Shown here in pieces: positions 39,238-48,167 of a stretch of 64,000 bases of DNA; the stretch's first letter is position 1; every line of letters starts with the position of its first letter. The notes under the pieces are model-generated. The model saw only the letters and a list, made by a program, of their open reading frames with translations. It did no database searches and was not told the DNA's origin. Source of the stretch: an uncultured Gammaproteobacteria bacterium (GTDB lineage: Bacteria > Pseudomonadota > Gammaproteobacteria > GCA-001735895); NCBI GenBank assembly GCA_913061315.1, contig CAJXUC010000013.1, positions 2,764 through 66,763 on the forward strand. Direction: 5' to 3'. A program made the position numbers and the translations under genes.

Positions 39238-40491
39238 ATGCAATCATACTCTATTTTTTCCTTGGCGCGAAACGCACTCAGTGGACATCAAAATTGGTCC
39301 AAAGCGTGGCGCAGCCCTCCCCTTAAAAAACGTTATGATGTGATCATAATTGGGGCTGGTGGACATGGCCTAGCGACCGCTTATTATTTAGCAAAAAATC
39401 ATGGTATTACTAATGTGGCGGTACTGGAAAAAGGTTGGCTTGGGGGTGGTAATATAGCGCGCAACACGGTAACAATTCGTTCAAATTATATGCGTGATGA
39501 AAGCATTCCGTTTTACGTTAAGTCGGTCAAACTTTATGAAGGGCTCACAAAAGAACTCAACTACAATTTAATGTATTCGAAGCGTAGCATGATCGACGTG
39601 GTTCAAACTTACCCCAAGCTACGTGAAATTAAGCGTCGTATGTTTAACGGTGATCTTCATGGATCGGCTTATGAACGCATAGAGGTCGATGAATTACGCC
39701 GCCGCATTCCGCCCCTAACCGGTGGTGGGCCAGAATCACGTTTACCAATTCTAGCAGGTATGGTGCATCCTTCTGCGGCAGTCTGTCGACATGATGCAGT
39801 GGCTTGGAGTTATGCGCGGGCGGCAGATGACCGTGGTGTAGAAATTCACCAGAATACAGAAGTCCTTCAGCTTTTACGTGATTCGACCGATGGCAGTATT
39901 AACGGCGTTGAAACCAATCGAGGTACAGTGTACGCCGACAAGGTTGCCGTTGTGGTGTCTGGCCATACTACGTCAATTACTGACACTATTGGTTTAAAGT
40001 TACCTCTCAAATCCTTCAACCTGAGCGCTTTTGTCTCAGAGCCAGTGAAGCCGATCATCGATGTCATCGTTAACTGCCCAGACATTGGCGTTTATCTCAA
40101 CCAATCAGACAAGGGTGAACTGGTAATCGGCGGCGCACCCGATGCGGGTCAATCCTTTCGGCGCGACATTAAACAACAGGTATTTGAAGATGCTGTTTGT
40201 TCAATGCTGGAATTATTCCCCTCTTTCAAACGGCTCAAGCTGATGCGCCAATGGGGCGGCACACTCGATATTGCCCATGATGCGACCCCTATCGTAAGCC
40301 AAACAGATGTACAGGGGCTCTATGTTTCTGCAGGCTGGTGGGGTGGATTCAAGGCTGTGCCAGCGGGTGGCTATACGCTGGCACATTTAATTGCGAAAAA
40401 TGAACAGCATGAACTGACGGCGCCCTTTTCACTGAATCGTTTCAAACGGCTCGATTTCATACTCGAAGCCGGCACGACGACAGCAACCTGA
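39238..40491 (+). CDS. soxB: Sarcosine oxidase beta subunit
   Basis: I moved the start from TTG 39202 to ATG 39238. MQSYSIFSLARNALSGHQNWSKAWRSPPLKKRYDVIIIGAGGHGLATAYYLAKNHGITNVAVLEKGWLGGGN matches heterotetrameric SoxB N-termini. Confidence 0.95.
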   Translation: MQSYSIFSLARNALSGHQNWSKAWRSPPLKKRYDVIIIGAGGHGLATAYYLAKNHGITNVAVLEKGWLGGGNIARNTVTIRSNYMRDESIPFYVKSVKLYEGLTKELNYNLMYSKRSMIDVVQTYPKLREIKRRMFNGDLHGSAYERIEVDELRRRIPPLTGGGPESRLPILAGMVHPSAAVCRHDAVAWSYARAADDRGVEIHQNTEVLQLLRDSTDGSINGVETNRGTVYADKVAVVVSGHTTSITDTIGLKLPLKSFNLSAFVSEPVKPIIDVIVNCPDIGVYLNQSDKGELVIGGAPDAGQSFRRDIKQQVFEDAVCSMLELFPSFKRLKLMRQWGGTLDIAHDATPIVSQTDVQGLYVSAGWWGGFKAVPAGGYTLAHLIAKNEQHELTAPFSLNRFKRLDFILEAGTTTAT

Positions 40492-40748
40492 TGTTACAAA
40501 TATCTTGTCCATTTTGTGGCCCACGTAACGAAGTCGAATTCGTCTACGGTGGACCATTAAAAAATCGTCGCCCTGACGATATTTCTCAAATTGATGACAC
40601 GACTTGGATCGACTATCTGACCGTGCCAAAAAACCCACTTGGACCGGTGCAAGAACGCTGGTGGCATGTTCGCGGCTGCGGTTGCTGGCTTACTATTACA
40701 CGTGATACTCGCAGTCACGACATTATCGAAAGCGAGATCGAGTCATGA
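40491..40748 (+). CDS. soxD: Sarcosine oxidase delta subunit
   Basis: 85 aa. MLQISCPFCGPRNEVEF is the zinc-binding N-terminus. It has a TGATG overlap with soxB and a 4-nt overlap with soxA. Confidence 0.9.
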   Translation: MLQISCPFCGPRNEVEFVYGGPLKNRRPDDISQIDDTTWIDYLTVPKNPLGPVQERWWHVRGCGCWLTITRDTRSHDIIESEIES

Positions 40749-43684
40749 GCAAAGACTTGTTTCGTCAGACGAAAGGCGGTTTGATCGATCGCAATCAGAC
40801 TATTACATTTCAATTTAACGACACCACTTATCAAGGCTACTCGGGTGATAGTCTTGCTTCAGCGCTAATGGCTAACGGTATTTATTTAACCGCTCGCAGT
40901 TTTAAATATCATCGTCCACGCGGTATTGTTGGCTCTGGTTATGAAGAACCCTCATCACTGGTTGAACTAGTTGGTGATGAAGAGTCGGGCAACCAACCAA
41001 TTACGCGGGTACAAATTCGTCCTGGCCTTAATGCCCGCTCTGTCAACTGTTGGCCCTCACCCAACTTTGATTTGATGGCAATAAATCAGTACATCAGCAA
41101 ACTAATCCCGGCTGCATTTTATTACAAAACCTTTAAATGGCCGAACTGGCACTTTTTTGAACCATCAATTCGCCGTGCTGCAGGGCTCGCATCTGCACCC
41201 AATAAAACTCATCATCAAGGACATTATGAGACGCGCAATGCTCATTGTGACCTTTTAATTGTCGGTGCTGGACCCGCAGGTTTAATTGCGGCACTTCAGG
41301 CGGCTCGTAGCGGTGCTCGCGTGATACTCGCTGACGATGGATTAGAATCCGGAGGCAGCTTACTATCACAGCATCTTAAAATAGGCGGAAAAGAAGCCAT
41401 CGACTGGGTTCGAGAAACAACAGCCTCACTGGATGCAATGGACAACGTCACACGTTTGACTGAAGCCACTGTCTGGGCGTATCGCGAGCATAATTTATTA
41501 GTTATTACCGAACGCTCGCCCGCCACCCCTAATGTTTTTCAACGTAGTTGGCGGGTTAGAGCAAAACAGGTGCTAATTGCGACCGGCGCCATAGAGCGCA
41601 ATCTAGTCTTTGCCAACAATGATCGTCCCGGCGTCATGATGGCATCAGCCATTCAGTCCTACGTTAATCGCTATGCGGTAAAACCGGGCAAACGTGCCGT
41701 CCTCTTCGCAAATAACAGCAGCATTTATGCCGTAGCGCGCGATTTAAAGGCTTCTGGCGTCGAGCTAGTAGCGGTTATCGACAGCCGCAGTAGTGTTAAT
41801 GACTTGCCCGAAGACCTTCAGGACATTCATGTATTCAGAAATTTTGTCGTCGAACAATGCCACGGTACAAAACATTTAAGTGCTATCACCATAAAGAATG
41901 CTGCAACAGGTGAAACAACCAAAATCGTTTGCGATCTGCTCGGTGTTTCTGGTGGATGGAACCCTACGGTGCATTTATTTTCGCAATCACGTGGCAAAGT
42001 TAAATACGATGCCAATCTTGCCACATTCATACCTGGCGAAGCGGTGCAGGCTTGCCAATGTATTGGTTCAGCCTCGGCTATTTTTACTTTGCAACAAGTA
42101 ATGGAAGACGCTGTTCAAAAGACTTTGCAGGCGCTCGATTTGGACCCAGGCAATGCGATTCTTTTGCCACCGTTAGAACCTGAAGCAGAATACTCAATAG
42201 AAGCTTTGTGGCATGTTGATCTTAATGAGTCGCTTTGTTCAAAAAGCTTTATCGACATCCAAAATGATGTCACTTTATCTGACGTGCATCTTGCCATGCG
42301 CGAGGGTTTTGATGCTGTCGAACACGTCAAACGTTATACGACTGCAGGCATGGGTATCGATCAGGGTAAAACGGGCAATCTCAATGTGATCGGTGCAATT
42401 GCACTCAAAAATGGCTGTGAACCGGATGAAGTCGGTACCACGACATTTCGATCGCCTTTCGTGCCAATCGAATTTGGTGCTTTGACAGGCATCCGAGAAG
42501 GCAGTGTTTACCTACCTTATCGGCATACATCGATTACACAATGGAATAAAGATCATGGTGCTAAAATGTATGAATCAGGGGCACGTTGGAGAAGGCCAGG
42601 TTATTACCCACGCTCAGACGAATTATTTCAAACAACAGTCAATCGCGAATCACGACTGGTGCGAGAAGGCTTAGCCGTTTATGACGGGGCACCACTCGGT
42701 AAATTTGAAATTAAAGGTCCAGACGCCTTAAAGTTGATCGACATGCTTTACACCAACAATTTCGACAATCTCAAGGTTGGAATGGGCCGTTACGGTCTTA
42801 TGCTGAATGAAGACGGTATCATTTTTGACGACGGCGTAACCTTTAAGCTGGCTGATAATCATTACTTTATGTCGACTTCGACCGGGAATGCTGACACCGT
42901 TAATCAGCATATGGAATTTTTTCTGCAAACGCATCGCCCCGACTGGCGAGTCAAAATTACTACAATAACAACGCAATGGGCTAATGCCACTTTATGTGGA
43001 CCAAAAGCCCGCGAAATGATGCAGGCGCTCGGTACTGATATTGACTTGTCCAATGAAGCTTTCCCATTTATGGCTATGCGTGAAGGCAAAGTGGGTGGTT
43101 TTCAAGCACGCGTATGTCGGGTTAGCTTCACGGGTGAGCTCAGCTTCGAAATTAATGTGCGTTCGCGTGATTCGCTCGCTTTGTGGGAAACGATCATGGA
43201 AGTCGGCAAACCTTTTAATATTTCACCCGTCGGGTCTGAGTCAAATCATGTGTTACGTGTTGAGAAAGGCTTCCTATCGCTAGGTCACGAAGCTGATGGC
43301 ACCACGACGCCGCAAGACCTTGGTCTGAACTGGGCCATGTCAAAAACCAAAACCGACTATATTGGCAAAAGAGCCAATGAGATTCGTTTGGCAGAGAATC
43401 CATCTCGCTGGCAGTTGGTTGGACTGCTGCCAGATGATCCAAAGGAATTAGTCGATGAAAGCGCCCCTATTACACCCGGAGGCCGGCGAGAGTCTTCAGA
43501 AGGTTTTGTTACTGCCTGTGTTTGGAGTGTGGTGCATAATCGCGTGATTGCACTTGCACTATTGGAAAATGGTCAGCACCGGATGGATGAAACTATTTAC
43601 ATTAGACGTAAAGATCACGTGGTAACAGCCAAAGTGACTGCGCCCTGCTTTTATGATGTTAAAGGCCAATTGTTGCGGAGCTGA
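40745..43684 (+). CDS. soxA: Sarcosine oxidase alpha subunit
   Basis: 979 aa. It has an N-terminal 2Fe-2S-like fold, an NAD(P)/FAD Rossmann motif (DLLIVGAGPAGLIAAL) and a C-terminal GcvT-like folate-binding domain. Confidence 0.95.
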   Translation: MSKDLFRQTKGGLIDRNQTITFQFNDTTYQGYSGDSLASALMANGIYLTARSFKYHRPRGIVGSGYEEPSSLVELVGDEESGNQPITRVQIRPGLNARSVNCWPSPNFDLMAINQYISKLIPAAFYYKTFKWPNWHFFEPSIRRAAGLASAPNKTHHQGHYETRNAHCDLLIVGAGPAGLIAALQAARSGARVILADDGLESGGSLLSQHLKIGGKEAIDWVRETTASLDAMDNVTRLTEATVWAYREHNLLVITERSPATPNVFQRSWRVRAKQVLIATGAIERNLVFANNDRPGVMMASAIQSYVNRYAVKPGKRAVLFANNSSIYAVARDLKASGVELVAVIDSRSSVNDLPEDLQDIHVFRNFVVEQCHGTKHLSAITIKNAATGETTKIVCDLLGVSGGWNPTVHLFSQSRGKVKYDANLATFIPGEAVQACQCIGSASAIFTLQQVMEDAVQKTLQALDLDPGNAILLPPLEPEAEYSIEALWHVDLNESLCSKSFIDIQNDVTLSDVHLAMREGFDAVEHVKRYTTAGMGIDQGKTGNLNVIGAIALKNGCEPDEVGTTTFRSPFVPIEFGALTGIREGSVYLPYRHTSITQWNKDHGAKMYESGARWRRPGYYPRSDELFQTTVNRESRLVREGLAVYDGAPLGKFEIKGPDALKLIDMLYTNNFDNLKVGMGRYGLMLNEDGIIFDDGVTFKLADNHYFMSTSTGNADTVNQHMEFFLQTHRPDWRVKITTITTQWANATLCGPKAREMMQALGTDIDLSNEAFPFMAMREGKVGGFQARVCRVSFTGELSFEINVRSRDSLALWETIMEVGKPFNISPVGSESNHVLRVEKGFLSLGHEADGTTTPQDLGLNWAMSKTKTDYIGKRANEIRLAENPSRWQLVGLLPDDPKELVDESAPITPGGRRESSEGFVTACVWSVVHNRVIALALLENGQHRMDETIYIRRKDHVVTAKVTAPCFYDVKGQLLRS

Positions 43685-43685
43685 T

Positions 43686-44186
43686 ATGGGATACGACGTA
43701 AAAATACAACGGCTTGCACTGAATGCAATGATTGATTTGCAAGGTGACGCAGAGGCCATAAAAAACTGGATCAAAGACGATGATTTGCCAGAATTCCCCA
43801 ATAAACCCAACACTTCGATCACAAACCAACAGTTCAAAATCTATTGGGTTGGCATAGAGCATTGGTTAATGCGCTCTGAAATTGAACTTGAAGATCATTT
43901 GCTCGAGATGACTAATCCCAGTGCAGCACCTATTGAAATCAGTGTTGTACAGGTAAGTGATGCCTTTAAATTCTTTGAAGTGAGTGGCCCTGACGCAGCT
44001 GAGATTATTAGTATCGCCAGTCCAATCGATCATCATCTGACAGCATTCCCAGAAAATGGCGTCAGCTTCACCAACATTTTTGGCATAAAAGGTTTATTGA
44101 TTCGAGTCAATAACGGCTTCGAGATTGCGGTCGAATCGAGCTATGCTGATTTGATGGCTGACTTCCTTCAAAAAGCCAACGCTTAA
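43686..44186 (+). CDS. soxG: Sarcosine oxidase gamma subunit
   Basis: It holds the fourth position of the soxBDAG operon. I prefer the in-frame ATG at 43686, 1 nt after the soxA stop, over the ORF-track start at 43653 inside soxA. Confidence 0.8.
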   Translation: MGYDVKIQRLALNAMIDLQGDAEAIKNWIKDDDLPEFPNKPNTSITNQQFKIYWVGIEHWLMRSEIELEDHLLEMTNPSAAPIEISVVQVSDAFKFFEVSGPDAAEIISIASPIDHHLTAFPENGVSFTNIFGIKGLLIRVNNGFEIAVESSYADLMADFLQKANA

Positions 44187-44187
44187 T

Positions 44188-45489
44188 TTAAATCGTTAGA
44201 TCATTAAGCTGTCGATCAACCCATTTGGCTGCAGCAAGCAAATCATCATCAGCACCCATGCGTGCCACCAGCTGAACTGACAGGGGCAATCCGTTCGGCC
44301 CTTTACCGTAGGGAATAGAAATACAGGGTACTTTTAACAAATTCCATCCGCGACTGAACAATGGATCTCCTGTTGCATCAAGGCCAAGTGGTGCTTCCCC
44401 AGGCGCTGCAGGTGTCAGAATAATGTCGGTATCAATAAACATCGTTTCTAGAATTCGGGCAGCGCGGTCACGTGCCGTACAGGCTGATTCAAAATCACTT
44501 CGACTCACGGCAAGACCCGATTCGACCAGCTGTTTAAACTGCAAACTTAACTGATCTTTATAATGGCTGTATTCGTAAATTCGGGCATGTGCAACTTCGT
44601 AGGCCATGACAGTTTTCTGGGCTTCAGTTAATAACTTGAATACTTCCGGACAGGCCAGCTCACCTGTCTGTGCCCCAGCGACTTTTAATTCACTCATGGC
44701 GCGACTGCAGACATCACGCATTTCTAATGAGCCGTCATGCCAGTGAGGCCCTCGAAATAAGGATATTCGCAATGGTGCGGCTTCAAGATCTATAGATTTA
44801 GCTGGCGTACTACCGCATAAAACGCTGCGCGCGAGTTCAAAATCTTCTATATCACGAGCCAAGAACCCTAAGGTATCTAAACTGGGAGACAGCGACATCA
44901 CACCTTGTAAATCAAAACTACCGTGACTTGCCTTATAACCTGCCACACCACAATAAGCAGCCGGTCTTATTAATGAGGCTGCAGTTTGCGAGCCAAACCC
45001 AAACGGTAGCATGTTGTCCGCTACTGCTGCGGCAGAACCGCTGGAAGAACCACCCGGTGTATGGTTCAAGTTATGTGGGTTACTGGTTTTACCAGGTTTA
45101 AAATAGGCAAATTCAGTCGTCACTGTTTTGCCAAATGGAATAGCACCTGCCCGAATAAAAAGTTCTACGCAACTGGCATTACGACTGGGTTGATAGCCAT
45201 CGTAAAAAGGGGTGCCCCAGCCCGTTGGAAACATATCGGTATCAATAATATCTTTAACGGCAAATGGTACTCCGTGCAAAGGTCCCTTTGCAGCGCTCGA
45301 ATCGGCTTGTTTTGCTAACGCCAACGCCGCATTAGCATCGTAATGGACGAAAGCACCAACGTCGGCTTCGCGTTGTTCAATGCGCTCGATACAAGCTAAC
45401 ATTATGGCTTCACTGGTGACTTTGCCCGTCCGAATTTGGAAGGCCATTTGCGAAAAACTCAGTTGATTGAACGTTTGTACTTTTGTCAC
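44188..45489 (-). CDS. Amidase-signature family amidohydrolase
   Basis: 433 aa. It has the GGSSSGSAAAVA signature and the KD..D block (FAVKDIIDT). The GTG start overlaps the upstream stop (TAGTG). Confidence 0.9.
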   Translation of the reverse strand: MTKVQTFNQLSFSQMAFQIRTGKVTSEAIMLACIERIEQREADVGAFVHYDANAALALAKQADSSAAKGPLHGVPFAVKDIIDTDMFPTGWGTPFYDGYQPSRNASCVELFIRAGAIPFGKTVTTEFAYFKPGKTSNPHNLNHTPGGSSSGSAAAVADNMLPFGFGSQTAASLIRPAAYCGVAGYKASHGSFDLQGVMSLSPSLDTLGFLARDIEDFELARSVLCGSTPAKSIDLEAAPLRISLFRGPHWHDGSLEMRDVCSRAMSELKVAGAQTGELACPEVFKLLTEAQKTVMAYEVAHARIYEYSHYKDQLSLQFKQLVESGLAVSRSDFESACTARDRAARILETMFIDTDIILTPAAPGEAPLGLDATGDPLFSRGWNLLKVPCISIPYGKGPNGLPLSVQLVARMGADDDLLAAAKWVDRQLNDLTI

Positions 45490-46697
45490 TATTGCACTCC
45501 CAAAGCTTGCATCGCATCAACAAATACAGTGACAGGCATATCGTAAATACCGCCACCAAGTCGACCTTTTTCACCAGTAATATCGAGTATACCGAGACCA
45601 ATAATAGGGCCACGGTGATTATCGGTCACCTTACGTGCAGTTAAACCCAGATTACAGTTAAGATCACCAAACCCAGGATGCACACCACACATCAGGTGCT
45701 TAGCTCGAGTTCGGTAATCGTCAGGCAGAAAATCAGCCAAATTAGTTTCCTGAGCGGGTGAAAGATGAATCGCCATTGCACCAAGCCCTAACCCTTCGAC
45801 CACGGCACTGTCCCCTATGGCTGGCAATCCACGATCGATCGGTAAATCAATATCAAAACGTCCAATCGGTGCTGTTGCAGCTGCTTGAAACCATTGACCC
45901 GGTAAAGCTGAAATTTGAATGCCAGTATCAACTCCATTACCTGCAGCAGCTGTTATTAGACTGGATTCTGGCACGCCCGATCCACTCATCATTATGCACT
46001 TACTCGAAGCCATCCACAGGTTCAAAAAAATACTGGCTGAAGTGTCAATGAATTTTCGAGTGTCAGTGTCTATGATACCCGAAGCAATATTACCCTCAAT
46101 TATATCCATCAACAGCTTGGTACCCACAGGGGTTCGCCCATGGCAGTCGTCACCTTGACGTAACGCAGCAGTAGCAAGTGGAATCATTTCGATCTGTTGA
46201 GTCAATCCTGCAGCTAACAAATCAGCAAAGTAATCGTTTAGCCAGTGCATATGGTCTACCACTGCCATTGAGCGCAAACCTAAACGCATCGCTGGACGTG
46301 ATCCGCCATTAATCGGCGCGTAAATACAGTTTTTAGGATTGTTAATATCTCTTACCCGATGCATTGGCATCGAGGCACTCACAACAGCGGCCAGAGGTGT
46401 CACAGTTGAATAATCCTGTGCAGGTTTAAGCAATATTTCACCCGCTTTGATCATAGCCTCCGCTTGTTCAAAATCTTTAGCCGTACCTTCAAAGACAGCG
46501 GCGACACAGGCTGAATTCAAAATTGGCTTTGATATTGTTCCGATCGATTCAAAGGGTGGTCCAGCATGCAGTAAAACCTTCGAATCGAGTCCGAAAGCTT
46601 CGGTTGCCGTTTCGATACCATCCCACACGGGAATGGCCTTCAACAACTGATCAAACGCTTTTTGATCAGCTGGATGAAGTCTTGCAATGTCGGTCAT
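45489..46697 (-). CDS. DUF1116 (YlbE-like) protein
   Basis: 402 aa. The blocks KVLLHAGPPFE, VFEGTAKDFEQAEAMIKAGEI and VVSASMPMHRV parallel E. coli YlbE (TLLHAGPP.., LFEGWAKDEAQA.., ITSASMPMLVV), as I recall that sequence. Confidence 0.75.
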   Translation of the reverse strand: MTDIARLHPADQKAFDQLLKAIPVWDGIETATEAFGLDSKVLLHAGPPFESIGTISKPILNSACVAAVFEGTAKDFEQAEAMIKAGEILLKPAQDYSTVTPLAAVVSASMPMHRVRDINNPKNCIYAPINGGSRPAMRLGLRSMAVVDHMHWLNDYFADLLAAGLTQQIEMIPLATAALRQGDDCHGRTPVGTKLLMDIIEGNIASGIIDTDTRKFIDTSASIFLNLWMASSKCIMMSGSGVPESSLITAAAGNGVDTGIQISALPGQWFQAAATAPIGRFDIDLPIDRGLPAIGDSAVVEGLGLGAMAIHLSPAQETNLADFLPDDYRTRAKHLMCGVHPGFGDLNCNLGLTARKVTDNHRGPIIGLGILDITGEKGRLGGGIYDMPVTVFVDAMQALGVQ

Positions 46698-47320
46698 GAT
46701 TTCTCCGGTGGAAATATCCAGGTTTCAGTTAGATAGAGAAAGGCAGAAGTGGTTTCAACGTCTGCTTGCACTCGGGTACCAAGCTTACCCGGCAGTGGCT
46801 TACCGTTCACTAAAATACTCGCCTGTTGAGCGGGTACTAATACTGAAAACATCGAATGCTTTCGAGAACCAACCTGATGCGGCATCAATTCCAATGCACG
46901 GGGAGATTCAAGATCTTCCCAAACTAATTGAACGCTCGTACCTTCACCAGAAATAGTTTCACTATATCGGTGACTCATTGGGTCACCATCCGTTTGCATT
47001 GATTGAGCCACCAAATGCTTTAAGCCATTAAAAGCGGGGGCATCACGAAAGACGGGCAATCCACCTACAAAGCTTTCAAGAAGATAATCACTGAGTTTGG
47101 CATTATCACTGAGGATAATATTGGGTGCCTCATCACTGCCCTGGTCTGAGTCGGGTGTGCCGTAAAGCAACAACATTTGGCCTTGCCCAAATTTTGACCA
47201 AGCAACCCGAAAGAACAGCGCCATCGCAGAAAAACTGCCGTCATCGTTTTTAAGTAAGATACCTGGGTTCTCACCAGTCCAGTCAACTATACCAGGGGTT
47301 ATTGGTTCGGATAAAGGCAT
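46694..47320 (-). CDS. Uncharacterised protein, paralogue B of a tandem pair
   Basis: 208 aa. It is a clear paralogue of the upstream 212-aa ORF and has an ATGA overlap with the DUF1116 gene. I recognise no family. Confidence 0.7.
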   Translation of the reverse strand: MPLSEPITPGIVDWTGENPGILLKNDDGSFSAMALFFRVAWSKFGQGQMLLLYGTPDSDQGSDEAPNIILSDNAKLSDYLLESFVGGLPVFRDAPAFNGLKHLVAQSMQTDGDPMSHRYSETISGEGTSVQLVWEDLESPRALELMPHQVGSRKHSMFSVLVPAQQASILVNGKPLPGKLGTRVQADVETTSAFLYLTETWIFPPEKS

Positions 47321-47321
47321 G

Positions 47322-47960
47322 TTATTTATTACTCCCTTGAGGCGTAACCCAGGTTTCTGAGAAGGCCAGAAATGCCGTGCTCATAGTGCGTCCAAAAAAT
47401 TGACGAGACTGCACACTGCCAGGCAGTGAAGTACCGTTTACTTTTATATCGGCAGATTTTGCTTCCAAAAAAACCGAGTACATTTCATGTGCTTTGGTGG
47501 CAGAGTTCTCGACCGTTACTTCGACCGGTATAGGTGTCCCCATATCTTGCCAGATCATTTCTAATGAGACACCTGAGCCACGTAACGTTTCGCGATATTC
47601 AGTTTTAAGGTCACCCGGTGTTTTGTTTACCGAATCAAGGTTTAACCAAGTCATGTGTTGTAGTCCTGCTTTGCCGATAAAAGTCGGCATTTTTGACACC
47701 CAGCCATCGACGATCCAGCGCATCATGCGCTGATTATCAGTGAGGATGAAATTAGTCTCATCAGGCCAACCTTTAGCCGCATCGGGTGCTCCCAATACAA
47801 TGGCAGCATTACCGCGCCCATAAGGCGACATCACAACCCGAAAGAATAGTGAAAGCACGCAATAGTCATCGTCACTTTCATTGTGTTTAAGATAGATCCC
47901 GGGGTTTTCGCCAGACCAATCAACACGACCTGGATTAATTGATACACGCGTCATATCCAA
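47322..47960 (-). CDS. Uncharacterised protein, paralogue A of a tandem pair
   Basis: 212 aa. It shares the blocks PG.VDW.GENPGI.LK, LFFRV, N.IL.DN, W.D...P, H.M.SV, A.I.VNG..LPG and AFL...ETW..P with paralogue B. A 1-nt gap separates it from the next gene. Confidence 0.7.
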   Translation of the reverse strand: MDMTRVSINPGRVDWSGENPGIYLKHNESDDDYCVLSLFFRVVMSPYGRGNAAIVLGAPDAAKGWPDETNFILTDNQRMMRWIVDGWVSKMPTFIGKAGLQHMTWLNLDSVNKTPGDLKTEYRETLRGSGVSLEMIWQDMGTPIPVEVTVENSATKAHEMYSVFLEAKSADIKVNGTSLPGSVQSRQFFGRTMSTAFLAFSETWVTPQGSNK

Positions 47961-48167
47961 CTTGCCTCATATTGTTGCAAAACTTTATTTAACTTTTGGT
48001 TCTTTCTTGACCTACAAATTGATCGTTTATCTTATAAATGTCAGCATCTTATGCGCTGATTTTTAAATTGAAACATCATCGTTCCCGTCATTTTGGCTTG
48101 AAATACGCAACACAGTATTATCATCATAATTTGGAAATAAATTATTAAAAACGTCGCTAGAATTGTT

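Noticed and set aside
43653-43685. ORF-track start of soxG at 43653, inside soxA
   Set aside because: The in-frame ATG at 43686 lies 1 nt after the soxA stop. This fits the tight coupling seen at the other sox junctions, and the extra 11 codons (MMLKANCCGAD) look like soxA read in another frame.
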